DNA of 64,000 bases from Antedon mediterranea (lineage: Eukaryota; Animalia; Echinodermata): the NCBI RefSeq assembly GCF_964355755.1, contig NC_092670.1, positions 6,686,201 to 6,750,200 on the forward strand. The letters run 5' to 3'. The position numbers were made by a program, and so were the translations under genes. Under the pieces are notes generated by a model, which was given only the letters and a program-made list of their open reading frames with translations, did no database searches and was not told the origin of the DNA. Positions 57,779-64,000 of this stretch are shown here, one piece after another (the first letter of the stretch is position 1; each line of letters opens with the position of its first letter).

Positions 57779-58095
57779 GTATGTTACATTAGTTTTGACG
57801 TTTTAATTAACAGATAGTGATATTTGGCACTTGCGGTAAACAAGTCTTGAGTGAGTCAAAGAGCTCAGTAAAATGCCTATGGCTGTGGTATTTGAAAATT
57901 GTTGGTCGCGGAGTACATGGCAATTTTGGCCCAACAAAATATCTGTATACTATTACTGCTATTATTATTGCAAAGATCAATCGGTAATAATAAATTAACT
58001 ATTGTGTGAACTTTGACATGAGAAATTAGTGTAATATATTTCCAGGAATTATCGTATTTGCATTTGAGAGGTTATGGTAAAATAATTTCATTTTT

Positions 58096-61000
58096 ATAAT
58101 AATAATAATAATAATATTTATTCGGCAAAAGTTCATAAAGTACATTTTACAATTCATCTTGCCAGGAGCAAGTAATAGGCATGAGCCCAAACAGAAAACT
58201 GCTCTTACTCCATCATTACTTATAAAATACAAAAATAACAAAACTAAGTAGCACAAATTAAGTCAAAATAAAACAAAACAAAGTTATAATGAGATACACC
58301 AATTAAAAATAAGCTGCATTGAATAAACAATATAAACAATTACAACTTAATATTTTGAGATCAAATGTTTGATGAGTTGGGCTTTAAAGTCTGGAATTGT
58401 AGCACATTGTTTAATTTCATTGGGAAGTTGCTCCCATAATCTAGGGAAAATAACAAACGATGAATTTAAAAATGTATTGGTCTTTGCCTTCCAATGTATT
58501 AACCGCCCTTCACACCTCTCACTTGATCTCACAAACTCATTAAAGGATGATGGACAGAGGCCATGCATTATTTTAAAACCTAATGTGAGTCTATACACTT
58601 TAAATATATCTTCAATACTTAAAATGTTTAGGGTCTTTAACCTATATAAATATGAAGTGTCCCAATTTCCTTCTTTTCTGTACATAATTATTCTAGTGGC
58701 CTTTCTCTGAACCCTTTCAAGTCTATACATATGAGAAATTTCAGTAGGTGCCCACATACAACAACAGTAAGTCACAACAGGTAGTATTAGTGCTTTGTAA
58801 AGATTTAGCATTGCCATCCAAGACATTGCTTTACTACATCTTGAAACAAAACCAAGAAGTTTGCTTGCCTTACTACAAACATAATCTACATGAGAGTGGC
58901 ATGTTAATTTACTGTTGATATATACACCAAGTAGTTTGAATTCATGGACTCTTTCCGTTGAATCGGAATTGATATCGTAAGCAAATATGATGGGATCTTT
59001 ACACCTGGATAAACTCATTGCTGCACATTTTGATGCATTTAATGGTAGTTTATTTAAAACTGACCATTCATAAATCTTATTTATATCACTCTGTAACTTT
59101 ATACAGTCTTCTAATTCATGAATAGGTCTTGAAATGGTATTGTCATCTGCGAAAAATTGAAGATTCTATACCATATTCAAGATCACTCACATACAATAGA
59201 AACAAAAGAGGGCCAAGAACTGACCCCTGGGGTACCCCTGATATTACATTCTTCCAATGCGATATTTCACCTCTATAGATAACTCTTTGTTTTCTATTTA
59301 AAAGAAAATCCTGGATCCATTTATTTAAACCTTTGTTTAAAATGGATATGAAAGGGTTCCTAGCAATATCATTTTATTGGCTCAACGTGTAGATCAATCA
59401 GTTTTAAGCTTGCCATAGTCATACTTAATGTTTTGGAGGACGACAACGCCCTCAAAACGCCCCTGAGAAACCTGTGAAAAACTTTTTGTGACGTCACTAA
59501 AAGTTATTTTTGTATTACAGAGATAGGAATTTAGCAGTAAATCATTGATTGATGCAAAAGCATGGTAGTAATTACTTATTGCTTTGATATTTTTATTCTT
59601 GGATAAGTATGTTAGCCTAATCGAATAAAATTAATTCATATTATCAACCAAGTTTTTTTTTAAACGGATTTTAATTTCGTTTTTCAAGGCCATCTTTTAC
59701 GAAATTCATAGCCAAATGCCTATCTTGCTGGGTACACGGAGTTATTTTGCGCATGCGTGAGAATCACAGAGTCGACCACCTTGGCCTCTCTCTCGACCCT
59801 CCTCGCGAGCGATGTTTATTTCGCTATTTATTATACACGTATTATTGAAACATTCATTTTATTATTATTTCGTTGTAATTAACTGAAATTGATGGAAATT
59901 CGTCCACATCGTCTTGTTAACACGGGTGTTAACATCGTTTTGAAGAAACGGTTGGACGAGTAAATGGTGTTTGACAATGCCATGGCCTGGAGCTAGCTAG
60001 GCCTAGCCTAGGCCTTTTTAGTAGTGATGACTGCTGGATACGGTGTTTAGTCGCCCGGCCAGAGGTGAGCTGAGAGCGTATGCTCCTTGATGTATCGTTG
60101 AGGGTGTTAATGGTAGGCACAATTGTGTTACTGTATTATGTATATACACATTATTTATAAGTACGTTTATTAATATTGTTGTGTGCTGTAGTGTCCTGAC
60201 TAACGTATTATTAAAATATTTTTTTGTTATTACATGCCGCCCTACTAGCTAGCTAGGCAACACTGAATACTAAATATTATGATTCCCAATAAAATAAATA
60301 GAGTTGGATTTTCTCTAATGTAGTAATAAAGGTTATAACAGGCCAGGCCTAGTTAGGGGTATTTCAGCTTGTATCATATACAGTACAATATACAGTACAG
60401 TATACAGTAAATAAACAATTCATTTGTATTTTTACCTACCTACAGGTCTATAATTGGAGTGCAATTATGATAATTGATGGACGGGATAAGCAAATGTATT
60501 TATTGATTGGAATGGAAGCGCAAATGTTAGAGTAAAATTATAATATTAAGGTAACAGATACTGAGCATTGCTATTTTAAACTGTTGATCAAACCTACATA
60601 ATACATTATACTAAATTATTATTTTGTTTTGAGGGCAGATAAACATGTGCTTATTCATTTTCCTTTTTTCAGGTGAATAGAAAGATACCCAGAGTACTTT
60701 ATAATAGATGCTACTTGGATCATGCTTGCACGATACATTTATGCAGTATACTAAGACACCAAGTATAGAATGAGCGCAGACAATTAAAATTACAGAACTA
60801 AATATTTATGAAGAATAGTAAAATATGCATAATAGAATTCTTTAGACGCGAGCGCTAGGGTTACAGTCATACTGTAACTATGGTAATGTACTACCAGACA
60901 GTACACTAGTAGCAGTGCATCATATAGTGTTTGTTTTTAACCATCTAAATGGGTCTGGGTATATAAACAAATAAACCACTACTGTACTTCTTTTTTTATT

Positions 61001-64000
61001 TATTTAGCCAAATACTATGTACAATGGACATTTATGAAAGAATCCATCTCTTGAATATGATGGAGCTGGCTGGTGTTGATAGAATTAAAATGTATCACTC
61101 AGGTCTCAAAAGTAATTTATGTCCTGTTTGAAAAATCCTGCTTGTTCCAAACTCATTATGATACATTTGTTCAATAAAATTCATTCCACACACTATTTCT
61201 GCCATATAATTTGATGTTTACAATTTTATTACTAGTACTATTACAGTTCTTCAAAGCCATCTCATGTACTGTTGATTCCATAAATCTGCAAAGATAAGAC
61301 CAATAAATGGATGGAAATGTACTACTGTATTATTTTTATTCAATCCTACCTCTAGGCCCTATAGTATTATATTTTATGACTTGGTAACAAACAGAAAGAG
61401 GTTATTATTTAATTACACTACAGTTACTAACTAAACTATAATAATCCTCTCGGCCTCACCTCCTCTGCTCTACTTTAATTATTAGTATTATTATATTACT
61501 ATATTAGTCAATAACAAAAGTCAGAGCCAAAAACAAGTTCAACACAAGCTTACCTTTTTTATTTACGTCGCCTTTTACATACGTCTACGCCCGCGCCTTG
61601 TCCACTTCCTGGAGGTTCGTCGGTGGACCGGCGACTGCTACTCTCTTGTACTGTAGGCCATGGAGTAACTCCATGTGTAGGCCTAGCCTACTACTACTAG
61701 CGAATTTAGAAGAAACTATAGTCTACTAGACCTAGCCTAATTTGTAATCTGCGTGAGTGGTTTAGTGTGAGAAGTACAAATACACACTTTCTTCTTTTCA
61801 CGTACAATCTTTGCAGACATAACTTTTTATTGATTTGTGAAATATCGATATTTTCTACGACTGCAGCAACAGGGAGCTTGCAACACGCGAGTCTCGTGTA
61901 GCATGGGTTTGTTTATTTTGTTTACACCACACAGTCCGCGAACGAGACAAGGCGGTGATTGGACTGTATTAAAATTCATTAACCAATCACAAAACGACTG
62001 CTGCCGTGGCTACAACCCCGGGTGTTTCAAACTCTAAATTTGACGATCTCGTACGTGCGTATAGAACGTTCATAAAAATTAAGATGGCGTGCCAGTTGGT
62101 CGGCCATTTTGCGGACGTTTTATACCAAAATTTAATTTGTTTATTTCTCAATTTCTACTAGGTATTTGAATCTAATTTTTTGTGTGCTGTTTATTAACAT
62201 TAAAAGGATTCATACAAAGTCCTTTTTGTGAAATTTTAAAATCCTTTCATATCCATTTTAAGCCAATATTGTTAAGTTTCTTAATCAGACGATTATGGGG
62301 TACTTTATCAAAAGCAGATGAAAAATCTAAGAAAATTACATCTACTTGCTTACAATTTTTTGCATCTAAACTTTGAGCCCATGAATGAAACGCCTTAGTG
62401 AGTAACAATTCCGTACTATAAGCATGTCTAAAACCAAACTGATTATCTGATAATATACTATTAGCCTCTAAGAAATTATTGATTCGGGTACACACAAGTT
62501 TCTCCATAATTTTACAAACAATTGGTGTTAAAGACACAGGTCTGTAACTCTTAAAATCACCTTTAGGTTTTCCATGCTTTTTGAAAACAGGTACAACATT
62601 AGCAGTTTTCCACTGTTTTGGTAAAATGCCTTTTTCTAAAGATAAGTTAAAAAAGTCGCACAACAATCGTGCTAGTTCTACCCTACAAACTTTTAGAAAT
62701 ATGGGAAGTAAATTATCAGGTCCTGGAGATTTTGAAACAATTAAATAGTTTAATGCCTGATAAACTTCCATCACATTAAATTTCTTAAGTTCCATATAAT
62801 GCTGAGGGATAATATCAGAGTTGCAGAGCAAGTCATCATTACCACCATCATCATTATTACTGAAATTACTAGAAAATTGATCATTAAACAAATTTGCTAT
62901 CTCTCTAGCATCTGTTACTATAGCATCATTAATCTTAAAACTTATAACTTGTGAATCTTGTCTAATTGCCCTAATATATGCCCAAAATTGCTTTATATTT
63001 GAAGTAGCCTTATTTGAGATGTCTAGAACATAATTTCTGTGACTACAATATATGGCTTTTTTCAGTTCCTTACTACAACACTTAAATCTATCTGTAGCTT
63101 CATTTGTTTTTAAAATCTTAGCCTTCCTATATAATTTTCTTTTCTTTGTACAAAGTTTCTTAATTTCTGTAGTAATCCATGGAAATGATTTAGTCTTATT
63201 TCTTTTCTTAATAGGCACAGATTCAGAAATAGCCTTGTTTATATTGTTCATTATACTATCCCAAATATTATTAATATTTTCAAACATAAAACAATTTTCC
63301 CAATTAAAATTAATTAATATGCTTTTCATCTTTTCAAAATCTGCATTTTTTAGTGCATATACAGTTTTTGTTATAACTTTGTCACGTTGTTTTGATATCC
63401 TTAGACATATCTCAATTGCCTCATGATCACATGAGTCAAAATTGATAATAATTTGACATTTATCAATTAAAAGTGGATTACTAACAAAAGCCAAGTCCAA
63501 AAAGTGCCCATCCCCATTTCGTGTTACATAAGAAGGCTGATCTATTATTTGCACTAGTCCAGTTGCCATTGTTCCTTCTACCAAGCTTCCTGCTTGGGCG
63601 GATAAACCATTGTTCACATTCAAACAATTCCAATCAACATGAATATTAAAGTCGCCTATGAGTAATACCTGTTTGTAATCAACAACTTTTGCTTGAACTT
63701 TATCTAGATTATCAATAAAGGAATTTAAATATTGAACATATAAAACACTCCTAATAAAATTTTACCTATATTACTATGACATTCTATCCAAATCATTTCA
63801 AGTGTATCAACATTGAGATCTGTGCATAAAGATGGATTTAAACATGTTTTACAAGCAATTAAAACCCCCCCTCCATGAGAATTTCTATCCTTTCTAAAAA
63901 TGGTATAATCATTGTTTAAAAGCTGACTATCATATACTGTGCTATCGAGCCATGTCTCTGATATAGCAATGACGTCATGAGACGAAGAAGAAAATCTAAC
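58096..64000 (-). mobile_element. CR1/L2-group LINE (APE endonuclease + reverse transcriptase), frameshifted and interrupted by a DNA transposon
   Basis: EN motifs IAISETWL, RKDRNSHGGGV, LDLAF and CDH; RT motifs KSPGPD, YRPVSLT, QFGFR, FLDFSSAFDKV, GVPQGSVLGPLLF and FFADD; AATAAA plus (ATT)n tail at ~58096-58122. Confidence 0.92.
59341..62257. mobile_element. Non-autonomous TTAA-target DNA transposon (Kolobok-like), copy 2, inserted in the LINE RT
   Basis: TIR AATGGATATGAAAGG, TTAA TSD at 59337-59340 and 62258-62261; removing it restores ...NNIGLNKGLNKWIQDFL. Confidence 0.9.

Overview
AT-rich animal genomic DNA with spliceosomal GT-AG introns; by inference a marine invertebrate deuterostome, probably an echinoderm. 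Most of the window is one giant + strand gene (ATG at 5189, still open at 57778) for which I traced 50 coding exons, about 4,135 codons by my hand count. The architecture is signal peptide, short T/P/S linker, 17 HYR (hyalin-repeat-like) domains, a UMOD/GP2-type D8C/D10C-like domain, 8 HYR, a YWTD (LDLR class B) beta-propeller, then 16 or more HYR. Nearly all exons are phase 1-1, and the HYR exons were amplified recently as three-exon cassettes of about 2.16 kb and 1.53 kb with visible breakpoints. The introns hold many mobile elements: a pogo-type DD35D+PHD transposon containing an Academ element that itself contains a hAT-like element, two inverted TTAA-target (Kolobok-like) elements, one of which splits a CR1/L2-group LINE, hAT- and ISL2EU-like MITEs, a tRNA-derived SINE and a Gypsy remnant. 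Upstream, (TA)n tracts enclose a minimal hammerhead ribozyme (Penelope-like fragment) and a tandem 364-bp unit carrying a complete tRNA cloverleaf with an unusual ATC anticodon. All coordinates were read by eye; family assignments rest on motif recognition, not database searches.
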